A DNA stretch of 64,000 nucleotides from Eledone cirrhosa (lineage: Eukaryota), in NCBI GenBank assembly GCA_964016885.1, contig OZ024743.1:42904001-42968000 (forward strand), given 5' to 3'. The notes beneath the pieces are model-generated. The model worked only from the letters and a program-made list of their open reading frames with translations. It was not told the origin of the DNA and did no database searches. A program made the position numbers and the translations under genes. The number at the start of each line of letters is the position of its first letter. The stretch's first letter is position 1. Below are positions 26,460 to 40,300 of this stretch, piece after piece.

Positions 26460-26610
26460 ACCTTAGACAACAATATCTCTAGATGCTAAAACACAATCCT
26501 ATTACATAATACACAATGAAATGTAGTAGAAATAAATGTTTTTCAACCAGAGTAAACTCAGGTTTAACAGACCTGCTATATAATTCCAGTTATTATTTAA
26601 GAGATTTGAC

Positions 26611-26832
26611 GGCGGTGGATCGGCAGTATCGGTTGAGCGTCGGACAACATGCTTGGTTGCATAGAGTTATGGCCCTTTACGTGATTTGTTCAAATCCCAC
26701 TGACGTTAGTTTTGGCTTTCATCTTTACGGCATCGATGAAATAAAGTCCCAGTCATGAACTGTGGTCGATTTAGACGACTTTCTCCTCTCTCAAAATTGG
26801 TCGTCTTATTCCTAATGTAGAAGCAATTATTT
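26611..26832 (+). mobile_element. tRNA-derived SINE, degenerate (copy at 50481-50702)
   Basis: Homologous to 871-1059; B-box-like gttcaaatccc. Confidence 0.7.
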
Positions 26833-26973
26833 AACAGATTCTTTTCCTGACAGACAAATAAACAAATTGTCTCCAAAATATTGAAGCATTCGATGGTCCA
26901 ACTAGAAGAGTTGCGGATGGAAGCGAAATCAATCTGCTTTCACTCTAACAAAATAAAACAGTTTTATATAAGA

Positions 26974-27260
26974 ACTAGCTTCAAAGTGCTATAGTTTACC
27001 ACACTATCTCCATATTGCCAGTTCCATATTTCTATAGTGTGCTACCCTAGCCCCACCGTGCAATAGTGCAGCAGCTTTGCAATCTTGCACCCTTGCTTCA
27101 AAGTGCCATATTTTCCCCATTGACTCCATATTGCCGTATTTCCATATAGTGTCATTGAAGCAGCCCAGTTCCATAGTGTTCAACTCTAGCTCCGCAGTGC
27201 CATAGTGCGGCACTTTAGCTCCGAAATGCTATAGTGCGGCACTCCAGCTTCAAAGAGCCA
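26974..27260. repeat. Degenerate ~29 bp minisatellite
   Basis: Units resembling tagctccgcagtgccatagtgcggcact, best preserved at 27186-27260. Confidence 0.65.
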
Positions 27261-27319
27261 AAATACTTTTATTTATATAGATTTAAGATATCTGATTTAC
27301 TCTGCATAAAAACCTTTAA

Positions 27320-27757
27320 AGATCGCTAGAAATTTACATCCTACCAGTTGTGTTATATGGTCTTGACTGTGTTAATTGGACGATAAGGTCACTTCAGAAG
27401 CTCTCTAAATTCCAGAACCACATCATGAGACTTATGTCTGGCAAATGTCTCAGCAACCCTATCTCTATCAGTGAGCGGCTCAACATTACCAACCTTAGAC
27501 CAATTACATCAATTGTTAAGTCAAGAGTACTCAAACTATAGGTCCATATAAAAAAATCAACCCGTGGTGTGAGTAGATTATGCCTGGAAGGAAGATTGGC
27601 TGGTAAGAGAAGCAAAGGCCGGCAGCCAAAACGATGGACTGAACTTGCTCTTTGTTCTTTCAACTCTGCTGCTGGTGATCGAACTTTGTGGAGAGAGATA
27701 TCACATGTTAATGCGCAGTCTACAACTGGCGAAGTTTAGCGTCACAAGAAGAAGAAC
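27320..27757 (+). mobile_element. RTE-type LINE 3' fragment (copy at 51190-51627)
   Basis: ILPVVLYGLDC..KLSKFQNHIMR...LEGRLAGKRSKGRQPKRW, followed by a (GAA)n-like tail. Confidence 0.75.
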
Positions 27758-27951
27758 TTTCCAATTCCATTTTATTCTCATTCTGTCCACTTCTATTTTA
27801 AAACCACTACACAGGTGTCACTCATCGCATATTTCCATCCCCAGGAACTCGATATTTAACTTTGGTGGATATATATATATACACCCTCCCCATATATATA
27901 TGTGTGTGTATGTGTGTGTGCGGGTCTCTATGCCTGTGTGTGTTTGTGTTA

Positions 27952-28161
27952 GTTAATTCCGTATCTAAAGATATACGATATGTTTAATAAATGAGCATTT
28001 TGAAAGCCCAGCTTCATATATTGAAAAGCTGACGAGCAGCGCTGTCTAGCAGATTTTAGCAGCAACGGGGAAAGTCCTCTAGAAAACCCTAGCCGTCAGC
28101 CTTTCAATAGTCAAAATGTGTATTTATTAAACCTACCGTATATCTTTAAATATAGAGTTAA
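27952..28161. mobile_element. Fold-back MITE-like element (copy at 51834-52043)
   Basis: Imperfect inverted arms ttaa..tatctaaagatatacg / cgtatatctttaaata..ttaa, with inner tattgaaa.gctgacg / cgtcagc.tttcaata. Confidence 0.65.
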
Positions 28162-28170
28162 ACCTCCAGC

Positions 28171-28320
28171 TATTGCTGGTACTCATTTTCAGCTGAGTAA
28201 ACTGGAGCAACGTGAAATAAAGTGTCTTGCTCAAGGAAACAACACATCACCCGGTCCGAGAATTGAACTCACAACCTTTCGATTGCAAGCCTAATGCTCT
28301 AACCACTAAGCCATGCGCCT
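28171..28320 (-). mobile_element. tRNA-derived SINE, second family (copy at 52053-52202)
   Basis: Head ggcgcatggcttagtggttagagca (A box), gagttcaattc (B box), body tccttgagcaagacacttta. Confidence 0.8.
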
Positions 28321-28842
28321 TTATAAGGTTGCACGTGTTTGAATAAGTGTATACTATATAACGTCTTCTTCAAATATTTAATTTCTTTCAACCGAATATT
28401 CTTTAAATCTTCATAGAATATTATCAGATTTATCTTCCTTTCTTCTTTTTCACATTCCTTCTCGGTCCCACCCGCCTCTTCTCTTCTCTTGTACATCTGT
28501 AAGCTGTCTATTATCAAAGTAACCTAATAACTTGTTCATGGTAGATTCGTGAAACCATATCATTTGTTTCAGTCAAGTAAAATATTTCTTTCTCACTATA
28601 TATTTAACCACAATTTGATAATCCTCTTTTATATTATCCCAACAATAATGCCATGACACCAACGGACTCTAATTGTATATTCTCAACTGCTTCTGACCAT
28701 TTTTTATAGTAAATGTATTTGAAAGAATAAGGAACCTAGCTTCTGTAGAATGATATATATGTGTCCTTATGTGTTCGTGTGTGCCTGTCGGTATGTGAGC
28801 AATGCATTTTACTGGCGTGACAAATACAAATTCATATCGTTA

Positions 28843-28980
28843 AGTAATAGTAGTAATAGTAGTAGCAGTAGCAATGGTAGGAAGAGCAGCAGCAACAGCA
28901 GAAGTAGTAGTAGTAGTACTAGTAGTAGCAGTAGTAGTAGTAGTAGCAATTGTAGTAACAACAGCAGCAACAACAGAAGT
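28843..28980. repeat. (AGT/AGC)n degenerate microsatellite
   Basis: Read directly from the sequence. Confidence 0.9.
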
Positions 28981-28994
28981 ATTATTTTATTATT

Positions 28995-29455
28995 ATTCTT
29001 CCTTGAGTCTCAGACATTGATGTTATTTAACTGGAAAGTTTGTTGAAATGAATATCAAGCCATTACCTGCAGCCTCAGATATTCAGAACGTATCGGAGGT
29101 TTCTTGCTGTTCCCAGCAAGCATGCCTTTTGAAGTGTTCCAAAAAGCGGGGTTGGACTACTCTTCTTTAACCATCCTTGGAAACTCTTTGAGAAAGTACC
29201 TAGTGCGCCTATGACAATCAAGACGACCTCGATTTCATGGCAGTTCCAAATCCTTTTTAACTCCCACTTTAAGTCCTGGTATCGGTTACTTTTCTCCCTC
29301 TCCTTCTCTTGCACTCTCGTGTCAAATGGGCAGGCTACATCTACAATCAGGAACGATGTTTTTCCTTGTCCAAAACCATCATGTCAGGCCTATTGTGTTC
29401 TAATTTCTTGTCCGTCTGTATCCTACAATAACATATCACCTTCACCTGATCGTTT
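28995..29455 (-). mobile_element. R4/Dong-type LINE family A, 3' fragment (copy at ~52877-53337)
   Basis: REL C-terminus KEREK..RYQDLKWEL..IW...VIGALGT. 3' UTR matches 37380-37460; TAA tail. Confidence 0.85.
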
Positions 29456-29569
29456 TCATTTGTAATAAGAATTATACTATCACAATTGTTTTAAATATCT
29501 AAAAAAATCAAAAACTTACGGGATCGATTCCATGACACTCTATCCACCATGTGCTTATTATTATTATTA

Positions 29570-31331
29570 CAGCTGCATTTATCTTGCTTTATGTTCATAC
29601 GAGTTATCACCAAGTCACAACCAGTGACCTCAAGAGACAACAAGGTCCGCCATGTTCAAGAAAGAACATACATACTCACATATGCATCTTTAGTGTTTAG
29701 ACTTGTGATGTACTTATATTGACAGAATCTTCCTTAGTATGTGGGCAGTTCCCATTAGTACTATTTTTTGTATTTCTCCTATACGCGGGTTTCCTGGGAT
29801 TTGCGATAAGTAATCATTAGACCCCTTAGGTATCATTCCCAGAGTGCCTACAACCACTGGTATTGTTTTAGTTCTCAATTTCCACATTTTTCCAATTTCT
29901 ATCTCCAGGTCCTTATACTTGCTAGATTTTTCAAATGTTTTTATAGATACATTCTTGTCTATTGGAACGGACACATCAATTACCAGGCATACCCTCTTTT
30001 TAAAGTCCTTCAATATTATATCAGGTCTATTTATATCTATTTTTCGGTCTGTTTGGATGGTAAAGTTCCACAAGATTGAGATGTTGTCTTTTTCAAGTAT
30101 GGGAGGTGGTTGATGCTCCCACCAATTCTTTTGATGGAGCAGGTCAATATGATTACACATTATCCAATGTATGTATTGTGCAGCTTTGTCATGCCTTTTT
30201 AGGTATTCGGTTGGAGCTATAGGACTGCACATTGAAATTATATGGTCAATGGTCTCTGGTTGTTTTTTACATACACAGCATAATGGGCTGCATCCATTTT
30301 TTATTATGTTGGCTTGGTAATTTTTTGTTGGCAGACACTATTCTTGTGCTGATATAATCAGTCCTTCAGTCTCCGATTTCAGTCCAGAGGATGACAACCA
30401 CTGATGGGTTAAAGTTTTGTTAACATCAGGATTGTTAGCTCGTTCTGGGTATTTTCCATACAGAGTCTTTTCTTGCCATTTCTTAGATAGTTTTTGTAGC
30501 AGTTCTTTCTTTGCAGTTACTTTTACCTACTTTGCTTTTTCTGTGTTTTCCATTTCAGCAGTAAATGGGACTTCTGAAATGTGTAGTCCATTACTGTATC
30601 TGTGTGCATCTTTTGTAATGGAGTATGATCTTTTGATGCTTTCGTGTTTCAAAACAACTTTGATCATCCAATCATGTGATTCCCTTAGAAATGTAGAAAA
30701 TCCAATTGTTGCAGTTTTCAACGCAATGTCTAACTGGATTAACGCACGTCCTCCTTCTTTCCTAGGGAGATATATTCCATCTGTATCTGCCTTAGGGTGA
30801 TGCATTCTGTGCATGGTTAAGAATTTTCGAAGTTTTGTATCGAGCCTACGGATCTCTGTGCTTGACCAGTTGATGACATTTTAACTGTAGGTTACTACTG
30901 GTATGGCAAGCGTGTTTATGGCATCGATTATATTCCTTGCATTCAATTCCGTTCTTAAGATTGCTCTTACTCTGCGGTAACATTCTTTCCTTATCCTTTC
31001 CCTCATTGTCAAGTGCTTGATTCCGTCTCCTTCACAAACACCTAGATATTTGTAAGTTTCCTCATCATCAAGTTCTCTTATCACATTCCCTCGATCAAGA
31101 TTAATGTCTGAACTTTTCAGCAGCTTTCCTCTGGTGAACGTTGCTTTGGTGCATTTATCTAGTCCAAACTCCCTTTTAATGTCATCACTGAATTGCTCCA
31201 CAGTGGATAATAGCCCTTGCAATTGTTCATCATTTTTTGCAAATAGTTTCAGGTCATCCATGTAGAACAAGTGATTAATGGTTTTGTCATAGACTTTATA
31301 TCCATGTTTTGTTTTATTGAGCATTTTACTT
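29570..31331 (-). mobile_element. R4/Dong-type LINE family B, 5'-truncated pseudogene (copy at 53452-55213)
   Basis: INHLFYMDDLKLF, YKYLG, zinc knuckle, RHD..IHW, IQTD..NRPDI..CLVIDVSVP..EK..KY (PD-(D/E)xK nuclease). (TAA)n tail. Confidence 0.9.
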
Positions 31332-31335
31332 AATG

Positions 31336-31413
<78 letters not shown>

Positions 31414-31621
31414 GGCGACCTACGTAGTAAATCGTATCATCGTGAGCTCCGCAAAGGTTTGTTATTTCCGTTCGTTAAAAATTGTCATTTATGGAAAATT
31501 TTATTGTTAACTGTTTATAAGCGCACATACATTGTTTTCCGAAAAGGACACCCAAAAAGATTGGAGCCTTGTGCCCAAAATTTAAACTTTTATTATTATC
31601 AAAAAAATTTCTTTGAAAAAA

Positions 31622-33617
31622 ATGGCTAATTCACCTCTGCACGAAGTAGCTGAAAGCCTTCCTCACAAATTAACACCTCACACCGACACCACCATTGTAA
31701 ATGTTACTACCTTTGCCAACACAAAAAAAAATATAAGCACTAGCAATATTTTAAATTTGTCTCAGGCAGACATTCATTTCCCGCCATTACCAATGACTGC
31801 AGGTGTTAAAGCCTCCACCACCACCACCACCGCGACAACCACCACCACCACCACCGCGACAACAGAAACAAAAGAAGAAAAAAATAAATTAACTCGTGAT
31901 GTCGAAATGAAATCAAGCAAAATGGACTCTTCCCCACCAAAGACGAATGACGTCACCACCACCACAACTGAAACTAAAATTAATATTAACACAAATAACG
32001 ATAGCAACAACAACAACAATGACATTATAAAAATCCCCCTCAGTTTCGCCAGAGTAGCAAAACAGTTCGAAGCATTTACGGTAACTCAGGAGGATTTAGA
32101 AAATGCCAAACATGTGGTAAAGAAAGATGGGTACTGGGTCAGCCTCCCCCCCCCCCACCTAATAAAATGGAGCATCGGCGCCTATGCACCGTGTCGTATC
32201 GAACAATAAATGTAAAATCGCGCCGAGTGGAACGGGCATCCGAGTCCCAAATCCAAAAAGCTTTGGGACATGTGTGGGCAAGAAAAACCCACATCAGACG
32301 TGGGCAAAAGTATGGAACCGTGGATGTGTTCTTTGAAACACCACAGGATGCTAGAGAACACTCCATGGCCCCATTAAGAAGTGACGACTTCACACTCGTC
32401 CCAAGCTATTGTGGCCAGAGACTCGTCAAGATCAGGGTGACCCACGTTCCACCGGCCATCGAAATTCCCTGGCTAATACCGGCTGTCCTCGCCGGCATCG
32501 AAGCCAACACAAAAATAATAGCAATAGCAAAAGAAAAGCAGGAGAACTGGTCCGGATCTGGGATGGAGCTCCTAATCCAAGCGGACCAAAAAAGCATTGA
32601 GGAGATCCCAGAGGTAATAGACCTCACTGACGGCAGCCACCTCACGGTAATTGTCGAGGGCAGAAGACCTGGGTGTGTCGTTTGTGGTGAAGGAACCCAC
32701 CTAAGGGCTTTCTGCCCTCAGGCTAAAAGGTTGAGGCCACCTCTCCTACCCACCCAAGTGACACAACCATCAACACCACCAGTAGCAGAGATGGCAGCAA
32801 CAACTGTAGCAGCAACAAAAGAAGCAACTATAACAGCAACAACCCCAGCAACAGTAGCAAAACCAACACCACCACCACCACCAGCAAAACCAACACCACC
32901 ACCACCCAACACTTCAGAACTAACACCAGCGCCTACACCATCCACCACGCCACAACCAAAGCTAACGCCTGTGGAGGATTTTCCACTCCCCGGCCTATCA
33001 CAACTGGAGACAGATTGTGACGACGAGGAGTGGGAAACGATATCCGGAAAAAAAAAAAAAGAAACCAAAAAAGAAAAAAATTCTATTCCTTCCCCCTCCA
33101 AAAACAAAATACAAGGGAAACAAATGAATTAAGAAACAAAAAAGTTAGGACAGATATGCCACCATCCACACCAGCATCACCAACCCCATCAACCCAAACA
33201 CCAACACCATCACCATCATTAACCCCAACACCAGCATCACCTACACCACAAAAGTCACCAAAATGCGAAACAGAAACAAACCCACAACAAACGCAAACAA
33301 AACAAAACAACCAAGACGATACACACTACACAGCATTAAATTTGAACAACAAGCAATTATTACCCTACATCCAACACAACACCAGCATCACAGAAAAAGA
33401 CTACACAACAACCCAAAAATCCACACCACCTCCACACATACAAATCACTCGCATCACACAGAAAACGTACATGACACTGAAACAAAAATTCCCCAAAGAC
33501 ATCGGAGACTTCCGACAAGCACTCTCCAGGAGGATTTATAAGGACATCCTTCCTGAGGAGGCCACAAACAGTGAACAGGATGGAAAAACCGTCCTTCCCC
33601 TACGAGAAGTAAGGTAA
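31622..33617 (+). pseudogene. Tx1-type ORF1 (single CCHC knuckle, Pro/Thr-rich), frameshifted
   Basis: CVVCGEGTHLRAFC fits CX2CX4HX4C. Frameshifts at or near the poly-C (~32150) and the A-rich stretch (~33050-33130). Confidence 0.85.
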
Positions 33618-33651
33618 GTGGTCTTTCTCATCTTTTCCACTCCTTTTCAAC

Positions 33652-36600
33652 ATGACATCACTCAGAATAGGCAGCATAAATGCGCGTGGCTTGGGGTCGT
33701 CATGGAAGCAGGGCCACCTGCTCAACGACCTCAGGTCACTAAACATAGATGTAGTGGCCATCAGCGAGACCAGAATCTCCGAAGCACAGGCTTTCACACT
33801 GATCTTAGGCGGCTACGATGTGTACGCATCTCCCAGCCGTCCGGGATCGGGGGGAGGAGTTGCTGTGCTCTTTCGGAGAGGTTTGGATCTTGCCATGCGG
33901 GCCATCTTCCTGGACCCAGAAGGTAAGTTGGTGGTGCTGGACGTGACCAGCGGAGACGACCAAGCTTTCAGGTTAGTGGCCGTCTATGCCCCGACAGGAG
34001 CAGGGTGGTCTGATTTCTTCCGGCGTCTGGAGACCTTTCTTGGAACGTCCCGCTCTTTAGTGTTAGTGGGCGACTGGAACGGGTTCTTAGATGCACGCTG
34101 GGATTGTGTGGGATTAGTGGATAGGGAAGGAGGGTGCAAGAGTCTCCCCAACCTGCTCAGACGTTTTGAACTGTCTGACAGGTACCGAATGGATTTCCCG
34201 AATGTACCAATGTGGACTTGGACAAATCGCATAGGGTCATCCAGATCATATCTAGATAGAGTATTTTGTAGGGAAATAGATAGGTCTAGCATAGGCTGTC
34301 CACAATTCAAGATAGTCAGCTACACGGACCACAAATTCGTGATCTGTGTGCTTGACTTAGATAGGCTTCATAGACGAGGACCCGGCTACTGGAAGCTAAA
34401 CGCGTCCTTACAAGCGCGCAAGGCCTACAGAGACCGGATTAGCGAACTAGTTAAGCGGGCGTTGACGGGGCCATCGTCAACAACAGGTGGTTGTTTGCTC
34501 TGAAAAGAGCAATTAGAATAGAGTCCATTAGGTTTAGTAAGACTTTAGCAATAGAGAAAAATAGAGCAGAGGGAGAATTAGTTAGAAAATTAGATGAGGC
34601 ACTTAGCAAACGCATCGCGACCGACCTACTTGCGGCGAAATTGGCCCTTGACCAATTCTTCAATGCAAAGCACGAAGGCTGCGTTGTCAGAGCTAGGGTG
34701 CGTGCTCTCAGACACGAGGGGACGAAATCCGTTCAATGGGCCCGAGTGGCGGAGGCGCGTCGTGGCAACAAAGCCACGATCCGGTCTTTGGTGGACCACG
34801 ACGGGCGCATGCTACTCGATCCCGGGCAAATGTGTGAAGCTTTTCAGCGACACTTCGCTCAACTGTTCGGGGGCAGTGGCGGGCCGGATCGAGGGATGGA
34901 CTTTAGTGTCTACCTCGACGGACTGCCGCGGCTTTCGGCCACTGAGGCGGAATGTTGCGAAAAGCCGATAACAACCGCTGAAGTACGGGATGCAATGACT
35001 AGTTGCACAAGTGGTAAATCGCCTGGATGGATCGTCTGCCCTATGAACTTTACGTACAAATGCCAAACTTGTTCGGAGGCCTCTTGGCGGACGTCTACTG
35101 CAACTGGCAACATAACGGGAGAATTCTCAGCTCTGTGAGCCGAGGAGCGGTGGCGCTGCTAAGAAAGGATCCGAACAAGGGGGATAACATAGATAATTTT
35201 AGCCCATAACTCTGCTAAACACAGAGTTCAAGGTTTTGGCCAAGGTGCTAGCAAAGAGGTTGGCGCTTGTCGTTGGTGGTCTGGTGGGAGAGGCACAGAC
35301 ATGCGCCATTCCCGACAGATCCATCCACGACAACCTCCACCTCATGCGATACATCGTAGAGAGGGTAGCTAGGGAACCTGGCACGGGTGGGTCTTTGATC
35401 AATTTAGATCAGTCGAAAGCCTTCGATAGGGTCGACCATCGTTACATAGCGGCAGTCCTGAGGGCGGCTGGCTTTGAGCCCGTCTTCAGAGGCTGGATCG
35501 CGGCCATGCACAGCAACATCTGCTCTGTAGTGAGAGTGAACGGTCACCTTTCGGAACCGTTCAACATCATGCGCTCGGTCCGCCAAGGATGTCCCCTCTC
35601 GTCCCTATTGTACGTATTGACTCTTGAGCCATTACTGCACAAACTGGAGACGTTGAGGGGGATCCCGCGTTAACTAGGATGCGGAAAATCCGTGTCAGCA
35701 TATGCCGACGATGTCACCGTAGTGGTGTCGAACGCCAAACACATCGAGGCCATCGGCACTACACTAAGAGAATACGAAGCGGTGACAGGAGCAATGATCA
35801 ACCAGGAAAAGTCAGTGGGCCTGCAGCTCGGCACCTGGAGAGGCAGGTCCATGCCGTCCAACAGCGTCGTCGGGCGCTGGACGGACGGACCGGTTAAATT
35901 GCTAGGGGTCTGGTTCGGTCCAGACCTCCAGACGGACAAAAACTGGGACGAGGTGACGAGTAGGGTGGCTTCTCTCAGCCAGAAATGGGCCGAGAGGAAG
36001 CTATCCCTGAAAGGTCGAGCGGAGGTGGCTAACGCGTACATCGCGTCCGTCATCTACTACCGCCTGACCGTCGTACCTTGTCCTAAGCCCCGCCTGACTG
36101 CGCTGGAGCGTTTGCTCTTTCGCTTCTTGTGGAAGGGACGCGCTCCGATGGTCAGGCGGTCCATCTGCTGTCAACACCCGCTACGTGGAGGGCTGGGCAT
36201 GCCGTGGCTGATGATGCGCAGACACGCGCTCAGGCTACGACATCTCCACCTCTTCCTCGACGGTGATCAGGTGTGGTCGCCGTTTGCTAGACACGTTTTT
36301 CCCCAGCTCGTCTCCTTGACGGAGCTGCAGTCCTGGGTCAAGCGAAGACCGAGAGGGAGCGCTTGAAGACTGGAATGTCTTCAGGCGCTCACAGCCCTCG
36401 ACCAATCGGGCAATGTGATCGGTGGAAACTCCACCTTGGCGTTCTATAGGGGATTAGTGGAGGGGAAGAGCGACGACGTACTTGGAGAAACTCTAGGCGT
36501 CGACGAAAATCAACTAGCCAATCTCTTCGGAAGGACTTTCGGGCCGGGGCCTATGGACAACTTCCAGAAATCCCTGGCCTGGCAGTGCTACCGGGGTGCT

Positions 36601-37068
36601 TTGCCAGTTCGGGATAAACTTTACAGGCATGGAGGTGCCGTCAGCCGGGCATGTCCGAGATGCGCACAGGGCGACGAAACCGTCCTGCACGCACTCGTCC
36701 AGTGTCTGAGCATTGCTGACTTGTGGGTTTATGTCGAACACCTGCTGTCACGTGTAGGACGGATCCAGCTATCAGCTGAGTCCATCGTGAGGATGGCCCC
36801 GCCCTCTTCCTTTAGCCGGGAAGAGCAGGCAGTTTTTATCTGTCTGGTGGCCATGGCGAAAGAGATAGTATGGTGGACACGTTTGAAAGGGCTGAAGACG
36901 AGCACTTACCTCTTCGGTGATGCCCTGATTAACTTTTTCAAATTTCATCTGAAAAGGAAAATCAGGGTAGAGAGGGAAGTGCTGTCTTCCCAGCATTTTT
37001 TTGAAAGATGGGTGAGAGAAGCAAGTATGGCCCGAATGAATGGGCCTTCTCTGAGTATGTGTCTGTAA
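33652..37068 (+). pseudogene. Tx1-type ORF2: APE endonuclease, RT, C-terminal Cys/His domain
   Basis: SINARGL, ISETR, VYAP, GDWN, SYLDR, TDH; PITLLN, LDQSKAFDRVDH, VRQGCPLS, AYADD; CPRC...ETVLHALVQC. Several frameshifts and stops. Confidence 0.93.
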
Positions 37069-37319
37069 ATTAAAGGTGGAAAACTGGGATAGGGCACTTG
37101 CCCTGGTGGTCAGGGCCACTGTGGTCTTTTAATGGGCTTTCTCCACAAATGTCCCTCGGAAGTCTCCCCCCTATTGGGGAATTTTTCTTTGTTATTTTAT
37201 TTCATCCTCTGTTTTTTTTACACGCAGAAATGCCCATTTGTACCGTCCTGTATTGTCCTGTACTGTCCTTAATGTCTACTTTATGTAAACCCTTGTGGTT
37301 AATAAAGAAAACATTATTA

Positions 37320-37372
<53 letters not shown>

Positions 37373-37379
37373 GTTATTA

Positions 37380-40300
37380 CTCTTTGAGTCTCAATCATTG
37401 ATGTTAGTTAACTGGAAAGTTTGTTGAAATGAATATCAAGCTACTACATGCAGCCTCAGATATTCAGGACGTATCGGAGGGTTCTTGCTGTTCCCAGCAA
37501 GCATGCCTTTTGAAGCGTTCCAAAAAGCGTGGAGGGGCCAATTTTCTTTAATCATCCCTGGAAAGTTTTGAGATAGTCCCTAGTGCGCCTATGACAATCG
37601 GGACGACCTCGATTTCATGGCAGTTCCAAATCCTTTTTACCTCCCACTTTAAGTCCTGGTATCGGTTAATTTTCTCCCTCTCCTTCTCTTGCACTCTCGT
37701 GTCGAATGGGCAGGCCACATCCACAATCAGACACGATCTTTTTTCTTTGTCCAAAACCACCAGGTCAGGTCTATTGTGTTCCAGTTTCTTGTCCGTCTGT
37801 ATCCTAAAATCCCACAGCACCTTCACCTGATCGTTTTCTATCACCGCCTCTGGCTTATGCTCATACCACTTCTCAGAATGTGGTAAATTGTTTACTTTGC
37901 ATAGGTGCCAGTGGATCACCCTGCCCATCACATCATGTCTCCAGCCCTTATAGTGAGTCTGGGCTAGGTGTTTACACTCGGATACAATGTGAGCCACAGT
38001 CTCCTCTCTCTCTCCACGGATCCTGCACAGTGGGCTAGCCTCCTCCTTGTAAATGTGGTGTTTCAACCACTTCGTTTTGAGGGCCTGCTCCTGCGCAGCC
38101 ATTAACATTCCTTCTGTAGCCTTTTTAAGGTCTCCTCTTTTCAACCAGTTCCATGTCTGTGGATCTCTAAATTCAGTTTTCTCAAAGAAGGTACTATGAA
38201 GGGATATTTCCTGAAGGCTTCTATTTCTCCTCGATGTTATTTCCTCCTTGGACATCCCCTGGCCTATTGTCCCCTCCTTCAGTACAGTTCTGAGCATTGG
38301 CTCCTTACTATCAGTCACGTATTTGTGTAGGTTGTTTTTCTCCATCTGAACACAGTCCTCTATGCTGATAAGACATCTTCCACCTTCAGATCTCCTTAAG
38401 TAGAATCTATCGACATCACTCCTCTTGTGGAACATATTGTAGATAGTCAATAGCTTCCTAGTCTTCCTTTCCATTTCTTTTTGTTCAGCAACATTCCAAC
38501 TCAGAATTCCCGCACTGTACCTACTAATAGACACAGCTCGGGAATTTACTGCACTTATGGCATTCTTACTGTTCAGATGTGACTTTAATACGCTCCTTAT
38601 TCTCCGAAGGTATTCACTTCTTATCAATTCCTTCATTTTTTTGTTCTTGATGTCATCAGCCTCCAGAACGCCCAAATACTTGTATCCTTCCTCAGAGTCA
38701 ATTTCCTTTATCATCTCACCTGTTGGGATCTGGATTCCGTTACTTCTGCTGAACTTACCCCTCCTCATCACAATGACTCCACACTTACTAATACCAAATT
38801 GCATACATATATCATTGCTGAAAATACGGACAGTGTCAACAAGCACATCCAACTCCTTCTCACTCTTCCCGAAGAGCTTAAGATCGTCCATGAAGAGGAG
38901 GTGATTGATGGTAAGCCCTCCCTTTCCCAACCTGTATCCTGCTCTCACTTTTCGCAGTACACTGGTCAGGGCATCAGGGCAAGGGCAAACAACAGAGGGG
39001 ACAGACTATCTTCCTGGAAGATACCTCTCTTGATCTTCACGCTTCCCATGGATTCTCCAGTTGATGTTAACTCTGTTTCCCAGGACTTCATACATTTGCC
39101 CAACAACTGTCTGATGTTATCTGCCACCTTGAAGATCTCCAGGCTTTTGGTGATCCAAGAATGAGGCACCATGTCAAATGCCTTTTTGTAGTCTATCCAT
39201 CCCATGGCAAGACCAGTGTGTCTCCTCTTGCAATTCCTCATTACCATCTTATCAATAAGTATCTGGTCATTGTACCACGTGACTTCTTTCGGCATCCTTT
39301 CTGTTCGTCCGGTAACAAGTTGTTTGTTTGGAGGTGATGATAGATTTCCTCAGACATAATGCTTGTCAACAGTTTCCACATTACGGACAGACATGTGATA
39401 GGTCTAAAGTTGGTAACATCATTACCCTTGATTCGGTCTTTCATTATCACAACTGTGGTACCTTTTGTCAACCACTCTGGTACCTCACCTGACATCAAGC
39501 AGTCATTGAACATGGCTGTCAGTTTCGGTTGGAGGGATGTTATGTTTTTAATCCAATACCCCTGCACACCATCTGGGCCAGGTGATTTCCAGTTGGTTAG
39601 TTTTTTGGCCTGCCCCTTAAGAGTTTCAACTGTGATACTCAAATCAGTTTTTTGGTGTGCCTGTTCACTGATCTCCTTCTGTACTGTCTCAATCCACACT
39701 GCTTGGTTATTATGTTTAACATCCTGCTCCCATATTCCTCTCCAGAATCTTTTAGTTTGTTCCGCCTCAGGGATCAAGTCGTTGCCTCTTTCTTTCCCTT
39801 CAAGCTGTCCAAACAGCATCTTCTGGTTGTTGTCGAACATGCGGTTCTGTCCATACTGACTGACTCTGTTCTCGTATCACACTCTTTGCTACAATGGGTT
39901 GCTTCAGTTCCTCTATGATAATATTTAGCTTTTTCCTCCTAGTTTTGAACTTTATTTCCAGTCTATTTTTAGTGTCTATGTTTTTTAGTGTCCCATTCAG
40001 TAGGGACTCAAGCTTTCCAATGTCATTTCTCATTTCCCTGATTTGACCACTCAGTCGTTTCTTCCACCAAGGCTCTGCTCTTTCTTGTCTGTTGTTTCCT
40101 CTCGCTTTTATACCAAGTAGTTTCCTCACCGTATTTGCTGTTGCTTTGAGGATATTGTTGCACTGGTGAAGGCTCCTCGCCTCAAGGTATGGGATGACTT
40201 TGTTTACCTTAGCTGTTGTTTCTTTTAACTTTTTCCTGTCTACAAATCTTAGGTTCATAGGTCTCCCACTATCATTGTTCAATTCATCTACCACTAAGTT

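Larger units (their letters stand above)
31414..37313 (+). mobile_element. Full-length L1/Tx1-type LINE family A, inactivated, in (ATT)n
   Basis: Starts ggcgacc after (ATT)n and ends aataaagaaaaca(TTA)n. Contains ORF1 and ORF2. Confidence 0.93.

Noticed and set aside
26974-27260. CRISPR-like array
   Set aside because: Degenerate tandem units without unique spacers, no cas genes, and a eukaryotic context.
28028-28082. CTGACGA..GAAA within the fold-back element
   Set aside because: The core is sequestered in the inverted arm, and there is no stem I or stem III.
28245-28320. tRNA gene
   Set aside because: A and B boxes are present, but there is no full cloverleaf and it continues into a SINE body.
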